A DNA stretch of 64,000 bases from Eledone cirrhosa (taxonomy: Eukaryota), in the NCBI GenBank assembly GCA_964016885.1, contig OZ024740.1:41354001-41418000 (forward strand). Reading direction: 5' to 3'. Shown piece by piece: positions 1 through 12,851 of the stretch (its first letter is position 1; every line of letters starts with the position of its first letter). Made by a program: the position numbers and the translations under genes. The notes under the pieces are model-generated. The model was not told the origin of the DNA and made no database searches. It worked only from the letters and a program-made list of their open reading frames with translations.

Positions 1-560
1 GTGTTGTATGGTCTGTCACTCACATTAAGGCTGTGTATCTCTTGAAACATATCGTTCCATATCACTTGTAGGGTGCCCACAAGTTTTTGGTGCTCTGTTT
101 GTTCAGTAGAGTCATGAATTGCAGCCTCGTTGTTGATGTGGTGACAATTACTACTAGAGTCAGCTGACCTTTCTCGCTGTTCTTCAGTGGAAGTGGGATG
201 GATTTCAGCAAAATTGTTGGTGAGCTGTTCACTGTTAGATTTAGCTGGCCATTCTCTTTGTCTGTCAGTGGAGGTGGGGTGGTTGTCTACAAGGGCTGTA
301 TTTGTAGTATCACTCAATTCCGTTAGATGTATCAATTTACATCTAATGATACGTTTTGCCTGTTCATTTAGATGCTTTGGAGAAAAGTCTAATTCTGGGT
401 GTTTGGAGTTCCATAAAGTTTTTAGCCTTTGCATAAAACCGAACTTTTGGGGTTCAGATTGTTTGTATGCTTCATATAATTCTTTGTTAAGCTCGTAGCT
501 CCACTGTATACAACGGTTGTAATTGCGATTTGGTCGAAGGAGACTTGTACTTTTTGCCAT
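1..560 (-). CDS. N-terminal 186 aa of an R4/Dong-like non-LTR retrotransposon ORF (runs off window edge)
   Basis: Hand translation from ATG at 560 is open to position 1: MAKSTSLLRPNRNYNRCIQWSYELNKELYEAYKQSEPQKFGFMQRLKTLWNSKHPELDFSPKHLNEQAKRII... The W-x-x-E-x-N..Y..S.P...GF/YMxRL...W...L..Q..RI pattern resembles the Myb-like N-terminus of R4/Dong elements. Internal repeat HPTSTDRQRE/HPTSTEEQRE. Confidence 0.7.
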   Translation of the reverse strand, partial: MAKSTSLLRPNRNYNRCIQWSYELNKELYEAYKQSEPQKFGFMQRLKTLWNSKHPELDFSPKHLNEQAKRIIRCKLIHLTELSDTTNTALVDNHPTSTDRQREWPAKSNSEQLTNNFAEIHPTSTEEQRERSADSSSNCHHINNEAAIHDSTEQTEHQKLVGTLQVIWNDMFQEIHSLNVSDRPYN

Positions 561-744
561 GATGAGTTCGTCTATTCACTAATATTTTGTATTTATTTTT
601 TTTAAATAGTCGATGATCTTCTTTAAAAGTTACGACAAAGTTCTGTCAGAATCAAATTTAAAGTTATTCACAGCTTGGGTAATATTTCTTTTCAGTTAGT
701 TTTTAATTCTACAACTGTGTTTTAAACGTTGTTCTTGAATCGTT

Positions 745-1064
745 TGAATCGAGAACAAAAAGAACCGTTACTTAGTATATTCCTTTACGAATGTAATATA
801 ATATAACAACGCTGTATTTATATGTTAAAGTTTATGTATCATTCATATAAATAGGTGTTCTACAACATATTCACAACATTCACAGTTCAAACACTTATAT
901 TTTTGTTTCTGAATCGAAAACGTTACTTTTATATTTCTTTATAAATGTAATATAACAACGTTGCATTTATATGTTAAAGTATATGTATCGTTCATATATC
1001 ATAAGTGTATGTATCGTTCATATAAATAGGTGTTTTACAACACACTTACAGTTCAAACACTTAT
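745..1064. repeat. Two imperfect ~155-bp tandem copies upstream of the R4-like ORF
   Basis: tgaatcg..cgttactt..atgtaatataa..tatatgttaaagt..aaataggtgtt..cagttcaaacacttat occurs at ~745-899 and ~910-1064. Confidence 0.75.
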
Positions 1065-1192
1065 GTAGAATTATTGTATGTAATCTTACCGCGTAATGTA
1101 GCTCAACTTTTTCCAATATATGGTATGTTGCCTTCATGTAAGCCGTAATTACACACGTCCAATTATCGGACACTGACCACAACGGTCGCCAT

Positions 1193-1890
1193 TGTATGTA
1201 TGTATGTATGTATGTATGTATGTATGGTCGGGACGTTGGCGACTAAACTATGTATGTATGTATGTATGTATGTATGTATGTATGTATGTATGTATGTATG
1301 TATGTATGTATGTATGTATGTATGGTCGGGACGTTGGCGACTAAACTGGCAACCCCACCAAGGTTTCTTGGTGAGGAGGGTGACTTTGGACATCCTGCAG
1401 GACTAAAAACAAAACCTGTCAAAGGGCAAAAGAGCTCTTAAGAGTCAATGGCCATCTAAAATCACCAGGAGAGATGACTCTTTAGCCTTTGTCAAGGCAG
1501 AATTCTAGGAGAAGGAGAACTCTGATATAACACCTGCAACTCTGATGGTATCCAATGATGTTGACTTGTTCTTCTTTTTGGTAAATATCATCTTGGTTAA
1601 GAGAGTGGGACTGGTTTTGTGCAGTGCCTTTGCTCACTATAAAAGCTTCACGGCACAGGCATTGCTTTATATCTGGAGATCTCTCTGCACTTGACATCAC
1701 ATGGTACCATGGGCCCAGCACTATGTGTCAATAATTGTCACAAGTGTAGTGTTTGTACCAGAGTTTTCAAGTCGCTGGCTGGACTAAAAAGTCGCACTCG
1801 TTCAGCGCATCGGTAGGGGTTCTCCTACATGGATATAAAGTAGTGGCCGTACTCGAAAACGAGTTGGCAGCCACCATGTATGTATGTATT
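1193..1890 (+). mobile_element. Internally deleted RTE-like LINE bracketed by (TATG)n
   Basis: (TATG)n at 1193-1323 with a duplicated 24-nt start ggtcgggacgttggcgactaaact. C-terminal HKCSVCTRVFKSLAGLKSRTRSAHR* (1739-1816) resembles the RTE terminal zinc-finger-like motif. Short 3'UTR ends in (ATGT)n at ~1876-1890. Confidence 0.55.
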
Positions 1891-3397
1891 CCTCCCACAG
1901 TCTTCACAGCAGCTGATTAGACGGTGTGTCTGTATTTTTTGCAGCTGTTGGTTGTCCACATTTACGATGCTTTGTTAGTTGGACAATAATAGTTCATTTA
2001 AGACATCTGTGTCTAAATCAACGTCTTTAGTAATATTCTACACAATGAACAGCAGCGCTAACGGCACACAACCCTGTCTCACACCATATTTTACTTAGAA
2101 CCATTTTGTATCTTCTATCGGAGTTGTTGGTTTAGCAATAAAGGTAACAAAACAAGTTTTTTAACCCTTGGTCGGCTCTGATCCAACATATCTATGATCA
2201 AGTAGTTTCTCCAGGTACATTTTTTCCCCAGGAACACATAATCTAACGTATTCGTCTCTGATTTGGCTGTTATTTCTTTCAGATCGAACTGCCATATAGA
2301 GGTTACGTAGCTCCTAGTTTAGTATGATTGTAGCTTTAAGGTTTCAACTAAAATAGCTCGAGAAAGGAGTGAACGGATTTGGAATGGTTACGACACTATC
2401 CTTTTATAATTGGAAATATAATCATATTAAACGTTTTCTCGAGTAATTAAAATTAAAATTAAAATTAATAGCCCAATGAATGTTTTAAAGATATTGCAAT
2501 TGAAGAAAACAATCTAATGAATATAAAAATATTATTTATTTTTATTTTAACCAATGTTATGTTTCTATCAGGTTTCATAATAATCAAATATTTCTCTCAC
2601 GATAACTAATTAATGTCGTTATAATAATTTCAATTTCGCGTTTGTTTTTGATATCTAAAACTGGTCGAAAGTGTTGTAGGTGGCAATGGGAATATAAGAA
2701 CGTCAGTTAAAATGTATTGCCGTGTTTAGTTATGCCTCATTACGTATTCGAGTTTCTGAATTCGAACCTCACCGGAGCGACTTAGTTTTTAATATATCTG
2801 AAGTTGTTGAAATGGCAAGAGCTCAGCCGCCGGGCCCCGACTCTATATAATATAACCATACTGATTTAAATAAATAAATAAATAGATAAATATTTATAAA
2901 CAAAATTCTAACATATTTGATATGTTTTGATTCATTATTTGTATTTAACGATTCCAAATCTCTTAACTTGTTGAGCTAAGTAACTATAATCTCCGCACCT
3001 ATTTCTAGCAGAATTAACGTCCACCTTGTTGATATCTGTTACCTTGGATTTAACGTTATTACATCATGTGGTTTGCAGCATGGTGGTTGCATTGGACGTC
3101 TCTATGGATAGTGGCAAGTATATTGTCTTATGTACCATTTTGATTCTATATTTCTCTCAGAATAACCTCTGATGTGTATTCTGAGTCTCCTGCGGCTTAA
3201 TAATTGTTTCTACTTTTGACACAAGGCCAGCAATTACCCAGTGCATTACTGGTACTTTATTTTATCGACCCCTGCGGTTTAATAATAATAATAGTATAAG
3301 GTCTCGCTAATGATTCCACCTGAGTACATATGTATGGAATATGTATTTGGTATATATACAATATACTGTTTCCTCTACGATATATGATTCTCTCTCT

Positions 3398-4525
<1,128 letters not shown>

Positions 4526-4542
4526 ATATATATATATATATA

Positions 4543-4791
4543 TATCACAGAAAAAAGAGAATCAGTGTTGCGACGAAAGGAATTTATTGGACATATTACA
4601 ATTGTTTCTCGGGCGACCAGCTCGAGGCACCATCGATGTGGTGATCAAACCTGACTCTGAAATCGCGCGGTCCTCGGATACGTCTCGATTCTACGAAGCA
4701 GATATTTTTCTGTGATATCATACTCTGCTCTACGAGGGCATCGAGTGCTCATACGGCCTACTGCATACGTACGATTTAAGCATCCAACACC

Positions 4792-4795
<4 letters not shown>
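4543..4795. mobile_element. Second PLE pLTR insert (sense arm on minus strand; short inverted arm plus tail on plus strand)
   Basis: Minus strand GAAACAATTGTA...AATAAA ends at (TA)n. Short inverted repeat atatcacagaaaaa / tttttctgtgatat. Tail hairpin at 4722-4749. Confidence 0.7.
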
Positions 4796-4865
<70 letters not shown>

Positions 4866-4989
4866 TCATCGGCTACATTGCTTATCATGTTTTTTTTATC
4901 TTAGGTTTTGTTTCAAGGTACCCTGACAAACATATGATGGTCCAGGAAGTATCTTGAAGAAATTCTCTTATAATTTGTTTTGCCTTTAT

Positions 4990-5430
4990 ATTGATATCCT
5001 CATAAGCATTTCTATTATGTTGATATATTTTTTAATAAATTTTGTTACTTTGTTGATATCTTAATACACATTGCTATTATTTTGATATCTTTATAAACAT
5101 TGCTATAATGTTGATAATGTTGCTATGTTGTTGATATCTTAATAAGCATTGTTCTTATTGTTGATGTCTTAATAAGCATTGTTCTTATTGTTGATGTCTT
5201 AATAAGCATTGTTCTTATTGTTGATGTCTTAATAAGCATTGTTCTTATTGTTGATGTCTTAATAAGCATTGCTATAATGTTGATATCTTAATAAACATTG
5301 TTGTTATCGCTGATATCTTAATAAAAATTGCTATTATTGTTGATATCTCCATAAACATGTTGCTGACGTTTTCATAAACATTGCTACTATATTGATATAT
5401 TCATAAACATTGTTGTTATGGTTGATGCTT
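4990..5430. repeat. ~30-bp minisatellite (gttgatgtcttaataagcattgttcttatt)
   Basis: Several exact 30-bp units at ~5140-5270 with degenerate units on both sides. Confidence 0.9.
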
Positions 5431-6329
5431 TCAATTGTCATTTTTTAGAGTCTTCCTTTGTTGTCACTTGGCACTATTTTTGCTGCAAAACTTTATGAAA
5501 GAGTTACTTAGTTATGGTTTCTTGATCATGGATTACATGGAGGTAACTTTCGAAATCCAATATTATCTATCTGTCGTTGCTTCATGTCAAACATTTTGTC
5601 TGTTTAATGTCTCCCACAGAGTCTGCCTGTCTTTTGAAATAGCTATGCATAACCTTCTCCGTGAACCGACCCAATAATAGTTTTGGTGTTACATATTGGT
5701 ACTTTCAATGGTCGTCAGGGGGAGGTTTGTATCAGTTTTTATTGTTTTCCTGTGAACTATTTACATAGTTATAAACTCCAGTTATAAATGTTGCTTCACT
5801 GTCAATGCAGGTTCTCTACTCTGTCAGAACAGAATTAAGGCCTATATCTCCATCTTTACAACAGATATATAACTTTCCTTTCTCTTCATTCACATTTAAA
5901 TTCCCAGTCACACTGAACAGCTTTTCAGAGTTTACACTCTGAATTCTCGCTTAATTCTTGCAGCGCCCGATTGAAAGGTAATCGATGTAGACGTTCGGAT
6001 AAATAATGTAAAAGCATTGAGTAAAATATATTATACTTATAGTTTGGCGAGAAGGAAGATTACCGTATTTTTCTTATCCTCTGGAAATATTGGCCTTGTA
6101 ATCCTTCTATCTAATAGAACAGAAGTAACTTACTATAACTAATCAGTCTATTTAACTAGCAGCGTTGATTGTATTGTGAAGCCATACATTTCAATTTATT
6201 TAAAAAGGATATTAATTTTACTCAAATGTGTTTTAATAAATACATTAATGTTCAATACAAACAAGCCAATTGTTATAAAAAACAACAAAAAAACATGCCA
6301 ACAGCGAAGATGTAATTGAATTGTTTACT

Positions 6330-6655
6330 AGAATGTTAGTGGACCTTCGTCAGTTTCGACGATCAGTGTTCCAGTTGTCCAGTCAACGGAACTGCCTGCC
6401 AATGAAATTAACGTGTGATTGGCTGAGTATTCCAGAGACACATGTAACCATAATGTAATTCTCAGAGGCCGGCTCTCTGAATTACAGGTACAATACAACT
6501 GACAGGCTTCCAAACAATTTCCGCCCACCCATTTTCTCTCACCAGACATCGGTCAACCTTATGGTAAATGACACTTGGTCAAGATGCCAGTCAGTGGGAT
6601 CGAACCTAGGACTTAATGATTGTGAAATGAATCTGTAATCCACTGGGCCATACTG
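6330..6655 (-). mobile_element. Degenerate tRNA-derived SINE (second family)
   Basis: Minus strand tggcccagtggat (A-box-like) ... ggttcgatcccact (B box), followed by a SINE-type body. Confidence 0.55.
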
Positions 6656-7029
6656 TTTTCACACACCAGATTGTACACATATTTGGCCTCACCAAGTTGA
6701 CTGATATATAGTATAGTAGCAGTTTTTCAGTAAAATATGATGAAACATCATTTTAGATTAAGACGATCAATTTCTGTAACTGTTTTATATAACCACTGGA
6801 TTCAGTGATAGCAACTGTGTTAACACTGTCAATATGAACAATAATTCTTTGTAGTCTATTGAACAACTTTAATATAATACATTGTTCTCACCACTCATAG
6901 CCTTGGGCTTAAAACTCCTGATGAACTCGTTAGGGGTGCTGAAATACTCATACACATATCCCCACACATATACACATACACAAAATTTGGGGCCTATGAA
7001 ATATATATCTTACCGACCAATCTAATTAG

Positions 7030-7094
<65 letters not shown>
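7030..7094. repeat. (TATC)n directly 5' of the Tx1 array
   Basis: Direct reading. Confidence 0.95.
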
Positions 7095-7096
<2 letters not shown>

Positions 7097-7297
7097 GATA
7101 GAGTAAGACACGCTTCGCATCGGCTCCGCTATTCCATCGGGATTTACCCTTACTATTGTAAGTACCGGATAAATGTTTTAGTGCAACACATTTGGAACAC
7201 TAACCCCTGTTATTTAGGGAAACATTTTTGCATTCACCCCCTTTTTAGGGGGTAAAATAAATATCTATTTTTGCCGAAAAATTTCTTTCTTGGCAGC

Positions 7298-9129
7298 ATG
7301 GCGGAAAAGATGGCAGACATGTCTGCCATTAGCTCTGCCACGCCCCCCAAGTCTGAAGAACAAAAAATAATTACAACAAAATTAGACATTGAAACAAACA
7401 AACAAAATGAAAAAACAAATGTTAAGGAAAATGAGCAAACAGAAAACAAACAAACAGAAAATAATACAAATAACGACAGGGCAACTTTCGCCCAGAAAAC
7501 AAAACAATCCATTACATACACACCAATTGACCTAACTGCCGCCAGAGAAAAACTGGCCGAAGCAAAGAAACACATTGTTTTGGGGGAGAACGGAATGTTT
7601 TCCATTAACTCCCCCCCAGAATTCAAGAAAGCCAGAGTAGAAAACACAGTTCTCTACAGAACTATACTGAACCAGACAAGAAAGCCAGCACAGCCCAGCC
7701 AAATGGAAATAGAGTTAGTCCTAAAAGACTATATGAAGAATATTCTCTTCATACGAAAGGACCGACTCTATGGCAGCATTTCGGTCCTAACAAGAGACAA
7801 AGAAACGGCGGAGAAGCTTTCCCTAAGCCCACTCTCGTCGACAACATATAGCTTCTATCCCTCCTACATGGGTAGAAGAGCACAGAGAGTAAAAGTAAAA
7901 ACAATGCTGCCCACAATGGACTTCTGGTGGGCTATTGCTGGCTTCATTGATATGGGCGAAGACACAATGCTGTCAATGGGGAAGGCAACTGGAGATGCGT
8001 TCCTGGGAATGGGCCTCGACATACTAGTCCAAATGAGGCCCGAAAGAATAGCACAAATCCCGGATCGCATCTGGCTGGATGACCTTACCCCAATAGACAT
8101 AATTGTAGAGGGGAGAAGACCAGCATGCTATTTATGCATGGAAAGGGGACACGTTAAGGCTAACTGCCCGAAACGTATCCCCCAAAAAGGACTATTGCCC
8201 ACACCCACCACAAACAGTACACCAACACCACCCACCTCCAAAAATACACTAATACCACACACAGCAAACAAAATACAGACACCACCAACCACAAACACAA
8301 CACAAACATCACCACCACCAGCACCAAACACAAGCACGACACAAAAATCACCACCACCAACCACAACACAAACATCACCACCACCATCACCAACCACAAG
8401 CACGACACAAACATTACCACCACCACCACAAAACCCATTCCAAACAAATAATAAAAAAAACAGTAACAAATCTACCCCTCCCGCAAAAAAAAACAACCAC
8501 ACAACACGTCCCTCCCACCTAGCGCTGAAGAGTTTCCCCCAACTTCTGAAGAAGAAGGAGGAGAAGCCTTCAGACAAGTTAAAAGAAAAAAAAGAAAACA
8601 CACACCCAGCACACCACAAATAACCCACACACAAACACCAACTCCAATCAAAAACACCCCACCCTCAACAAACAAAAATAAATCTGCGCCTCCCCTCTCC
8701 GAAACATTGACAGCATCACAAAAAAAGACGTTGCAATACACATATATAAATAAAGAAAACAAAAAACTGGTTAAATTAATAAACAATAACCCTATGGTGC
8801 AGACCGAAGGGCCAAACTTTATCTCAACAGAGAACTTCACCCATTTAAAAATGATAAAGGTCCCTCTGGACCTTTATCGTTCCTTAAAAGAACAATTTAG
8901 ACGGGACGTGAGCCCCCCCTGTTTAAAACCGTTGAATCGCGTCCTCTTGAAAGATTTCCCCATAACCGCCCCTCTCCCTGACACAACTCCAAATACCCCA
9001 ACCCCACCACACACGTGTACCCCCACACCACCACAAAACATCCCTCCACCCAACACACCTGATGCCATGGAAATTACGCAACCCGGAGAGGTAAGTGCTT
9101 TTCTTTCTTCACTTTCAACACCAAAATAG
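7298..9129 (+). CDS. Tx1 ORF1 (nucleic-acid-binding protein), one frameshift near A-runs at 8453-8493
   Basis: ATG at 7298; CYLCMERGHVKANC zinc knuckle; Pro/Thr-rich linker. The alternative frame reads SAEEFPPTSEEEGGEAFRQVKRKK and continues into ORF 8707-9129. Confidence 0.75.
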
Positions 9130-9134
9130 ATCAA

Positions 9135-12100
9135 TTGAGAGTTGGCTGTTTGAACGCGCGTGGCCTGGGCTCAGCTTGGAAGCAAGCAAAGCTTCTAAGT
9201 GACCTCAGGTCACAAAGTATAGATGTGATGGTTGTTTGCGAGAGTCGGATCAGCAGCGTGAGACAGCTGGCGCCCGCCTTCGATGACTTTGAGATGCACG
9301 CATCTCTCTGTCAACCCGGAGGCGGGGGGGGGGGGTTGCCGTACTGCTGGATAAACGTCTGACTCTCGACGTACAGATTGTTCACTCGGACCCGGGGGGT
9401 CGATTACTGGTGCTGGACGTCGGAGGCGGTGAAGGCGGGGCTTTCAGACTGGTCGGTCTTTATGCTCCCTTCGGGGCGGAAAGAGCCGACTTCTTCCAGC
9501 GTCTGGAGACTTTTCTAGGAACGTCGCGTTCCCTGCTTTTAGTGGGGGACTGGAATGGAATCCTAGATGCGCGTTGGGACTATGCAGGGGCATGTCCCGA
9601 TAGAGGGGGGTGTAGCAGCCTCAAGGGGTTACTCGATCGATTCGACCTGGTCGATAGATTTCGACTATATTGTCCAACTGCGCCAACCTGGACCTGGGCA
9701 AACCGCAGTGGACAATCTAGATCGTACCTAGATAGGTTTTTGGTTAGGAGTAAGGATAGGGACGTATTTAGTTGTCCAGAACTGATCATGGTTGGCTATT
9801 CAGATCACAAATTAGTGACCTGCGTGGTCAACCTTGATAGAACGCATAGACAGGGTCCCGGTTACTGGAAGATGAACTTGTCCTTACCGACAAAGAAAGA
9901 TTACAGAAACCGGATTAGTAGCTTAGTTAAGATGCGGTTGACGGGAGCGATCGTCAACAGTAGGTGGTGGATATCTCTAAAGAGAGAGATTAGAGTAAGT
10001 TCGATAGGTTACAGTAAGGAACTAGCGGCGAATAGAAATAGGAGGGAAAGGGAGTTAACAGATAAACTAGAAGAGGCGATTAGGAGCGGAGACGTAGCCA
10101 GAGTGTTAGCGACGAGAACGGCATTGAGCCAGTTCTTTGACGCGAAGCACGAAGGCTGCGTTGTCCGAAGTAAAATACGTGCTTTAGGAAACGAGGGGAC
10201 CAAAGCTGTTAGCTGGGCCCGCGTGACAGAAGCCAAGAGTGGGATTAAATCCACCATTCGGTCTTTGCGAGACCAGGATGGACGGGTGATCCTTGAACCT
10301 GAGCGAATGTGCGAGACCTTTCAAAGGCACTTTGCTCGACTGTTCGGAGGTGGCGGGGGGCCGGACGGGGATGTGGACTTCGGTCCATACCTCGACGGTC
10401 TACCGCGTCTTTCGAGCGGCGAAGCGGAGTGCTGCGAAAGGCCAATCACAGCCACTGAAATCAGGGAAGCGCTCAGCCAATGCAGCAGACGCAAATCCCC
10501 GGGTCTCGATGGTCTACCATACGAACTTTATTTAGCTATGCCGGTCTTGTTCTCCGAACTCCTCGAGGCTGTCTATTGCAACTGGCAACAGAACGGGAGA
10601 ATTCCCTGTTCTGTGACCAAGGGCGTGGTCACGCTAGTGAGGAAGGACGAGAGCAAGGGGGACGACTTAAGTAACTTTAGGCCCATAACTCTGCTGAATG
10701 CAGAGTTACAGATTTTGGCCAAGGTGTTGGCGAAGAGGTTGGCGCTTGTGGTGGGTGGTTTGGTGGGAGACGCGCAGACATGCGCTATCCCGTCCAGGTC
10801 CATTCACGACAACCTCCACCTCATGCGATACATCATAGAGAGGGTTGGCTACGAACCCGGCTTTGGTGGGGCCCTGATCAACTTGGATCAATCTAAGGCG
10901 TTCGATAGGGTCGACCATGGTTACCTGGATGCGGTGCTAGCGGCGGCGGGCTTCGGACCCGTTTTCAGGGGCTGGATTTCTGCCATGCACAGTGGCAACA
11001 TCTACTCTAGGATTAAAGTAAACGGCTACCTCTCGGAGCCGTTTCAAATCACCCGATCCATCAGACAGGGGTGCCCCCTCTCCTCCCTTCTGTACGTATT
11101 GACTCTCGAGCCACTGCTGCGGAAGTTGGAGTTGCTGCGGGGCATACCCCTGGAACCGGGATTGCACAAAGCGGTCTCGGCCTATGCCGACGACGTAACA
11201 GTAATGGTGGCGGACGCCTCGGAAATCGGGGCGATCGCCACCCTACTGGAGGAATACGAAAGGCTGACGGGGGCTAAGCTGAACCAGGACAAGTCAGTCG
11301 GTTTGCAACTCGGAACGTGGAGGGGCAAACCGATGCCGTTAGACGGTGTCGTCGGGCGGTGGACGGAGGGCCCGGTGAAGCTGCTCGGGGTCTGGTTCGG
11401 ACCGGACCTCCAGGTGGAGAAGAATTGGGGCGAGGTGACGAGCAGGGTGTTTGCGCTGACCCAGAAGTGGGCCAAGTGCAAACTATCACTGAAAGGTCGG
11501 GCGGAGGTGACGAACGCTTACATAGCGTCCGTCATCTACTACCGCCTGACCGTCGTGCCTTGCCCCAAGGAAAAGCTCACCATCATGGAACGCATGCTCT
11601 TCCAGTTCCTCTGGAAGAAGCGGCCTCCCATGGTGAGGAGATCCATCTGCTGCCAGCACCCTTCGAAAGGAGGGCTGGGTATGTCGTGGCTGTTGATGCG
11701 TAGGCACGCATTGAGGCTACGGCATCTACAGGTATTCCTCAACGGTCAGCCGGTGTGGGCCCCGTTTGTGAGGCGAGCCTTCCCACAGCTCGTCTCGCTC
11801 ACCGAACTGCAATCCTGGGTGAAGCAAAGACCGAGAAAACTGGGCAACTGGCACACCGAGTGTGCCCAGGCGCTCACGGCTATCTGGCAAGCGGACCCGA
11901 CTGTCAGTGGAGAATCCACCTCGACATTCTATAGAGGGTTGGTGGCTAGCAGGGGCGACGACACCCTTGGAGAGTCGCTAGGCATGGAGGAGGACGAACT
12001 GGCCAACCTGTTCGGTAGAACTTTCGGCCCGGGACCCATGGACAACTTCCAGAGGTCCCTAGCCTGGCAGTGTTACCGGGGGGCTCTGCCCGTTCGAGAA

Positions 12101-12565
12101 AAGCTCTACAGACACGGGCGCCCGGGCAGGGATCCCGCGAAAAAGATCTGTCCCAGATGCGTGCGCGACGAGGAAACCGTTGCGCATGCACTGGTACACT
12201 GCCCGGGCGTTGCCGATCTGTGGGGCTACGTCGAACGACTGCTGTCGCGTGTGGCGCCGATTCGATTAACCGCCGAGTCTGTGGTGAACATCAAGCCGCC
12301 TCCTCCCTTCAGAAATGAAGCAGAGGCGGTCTTTCTGTGCGTAATAGCCATGATGAAAGAGGTTGTGTGGTGGACGCGCCTGAAAGGTCTGAGGTCGGGT
12401 GACTTTCTCTCCGGCCATCACCTGGTTTACTTCTTCCGATACCACTTCGGAAGAAGAATCAAGATGGAGAGAGAAGTGCTTGGTCCCAGACAGTTTTATG
12501 AAAGGTGGGTGAAAGAAGCGAGAATGGCCCGTGTAAATGGGCCTTCTCTCTACATTGTTCTGTAG
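9135..12565 (+). CDS. Tx1 ORF2: APE endonuclease + reverse transcriptase + C-terminal CCHC, one frameshift in the G12 run at 9324-9335
   Basis: Motifs LNARGL, GDWN, YLDRF, SDH (APE); KSPGLDG, FRPITLLN, KAFDRV, IRQGCPLS, YADD (RT); CPRC..ETVAHALVHC. Confidence 0.93.
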
Positions 12566-12796
12566 GTGAAGAAGTGAAGAGGAAAGGGGGAGCGCCTCCT
12601 CTCTGGGCTTCCCCCGCGAAAAGAGTTGCACACTTTTCGGGGGTATGTGCAATCCCCAACACGCCCCCTCCCTTTTGAGGACTTTTTATTGTTATATTAT
12701 TATTGTTATTCCTTTTTTCTTTACTCGATTTATGTAAACTCCCCCACTGTGTAAATGTCCCCTTCTTTTGTGCCCTCGTGGCAAATAAATAGAAAT

Positions 12797-12850
<54 letters not shown>

Positions 12851-12851
<1 letters not shown>

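Larger units (their letters stand above)
7095..12797 (+). mobile_element. Full-length Tx1-clade (L1 superfamily) LINE, copy 1
   Basis: 5'UTR, ORF1 with CCHC knuckle, ORF2 APE-RT-CCHC, 3'UTR with AATAAA at 12784; (TATC)n on both sides. Confidence 0.92.

Noticed and set aside
1100-1400. HDV-like ribozyme at the R4 or RTE 5' end
   Set aside because: Could not build the nested double pseudoknot by eye; needs a descriptor or covariance-model search.
4990-5430. 30-bp repeats as a CRISPR array
   Set aside because: Units are contiguous with no unique spacers; no cas genes; eukaryotic context.
6910-6960. CTGATGA...GAAA as a hammerhead
   Set aside because: No convincing stem I or III pairing; at most a decayed remnant.
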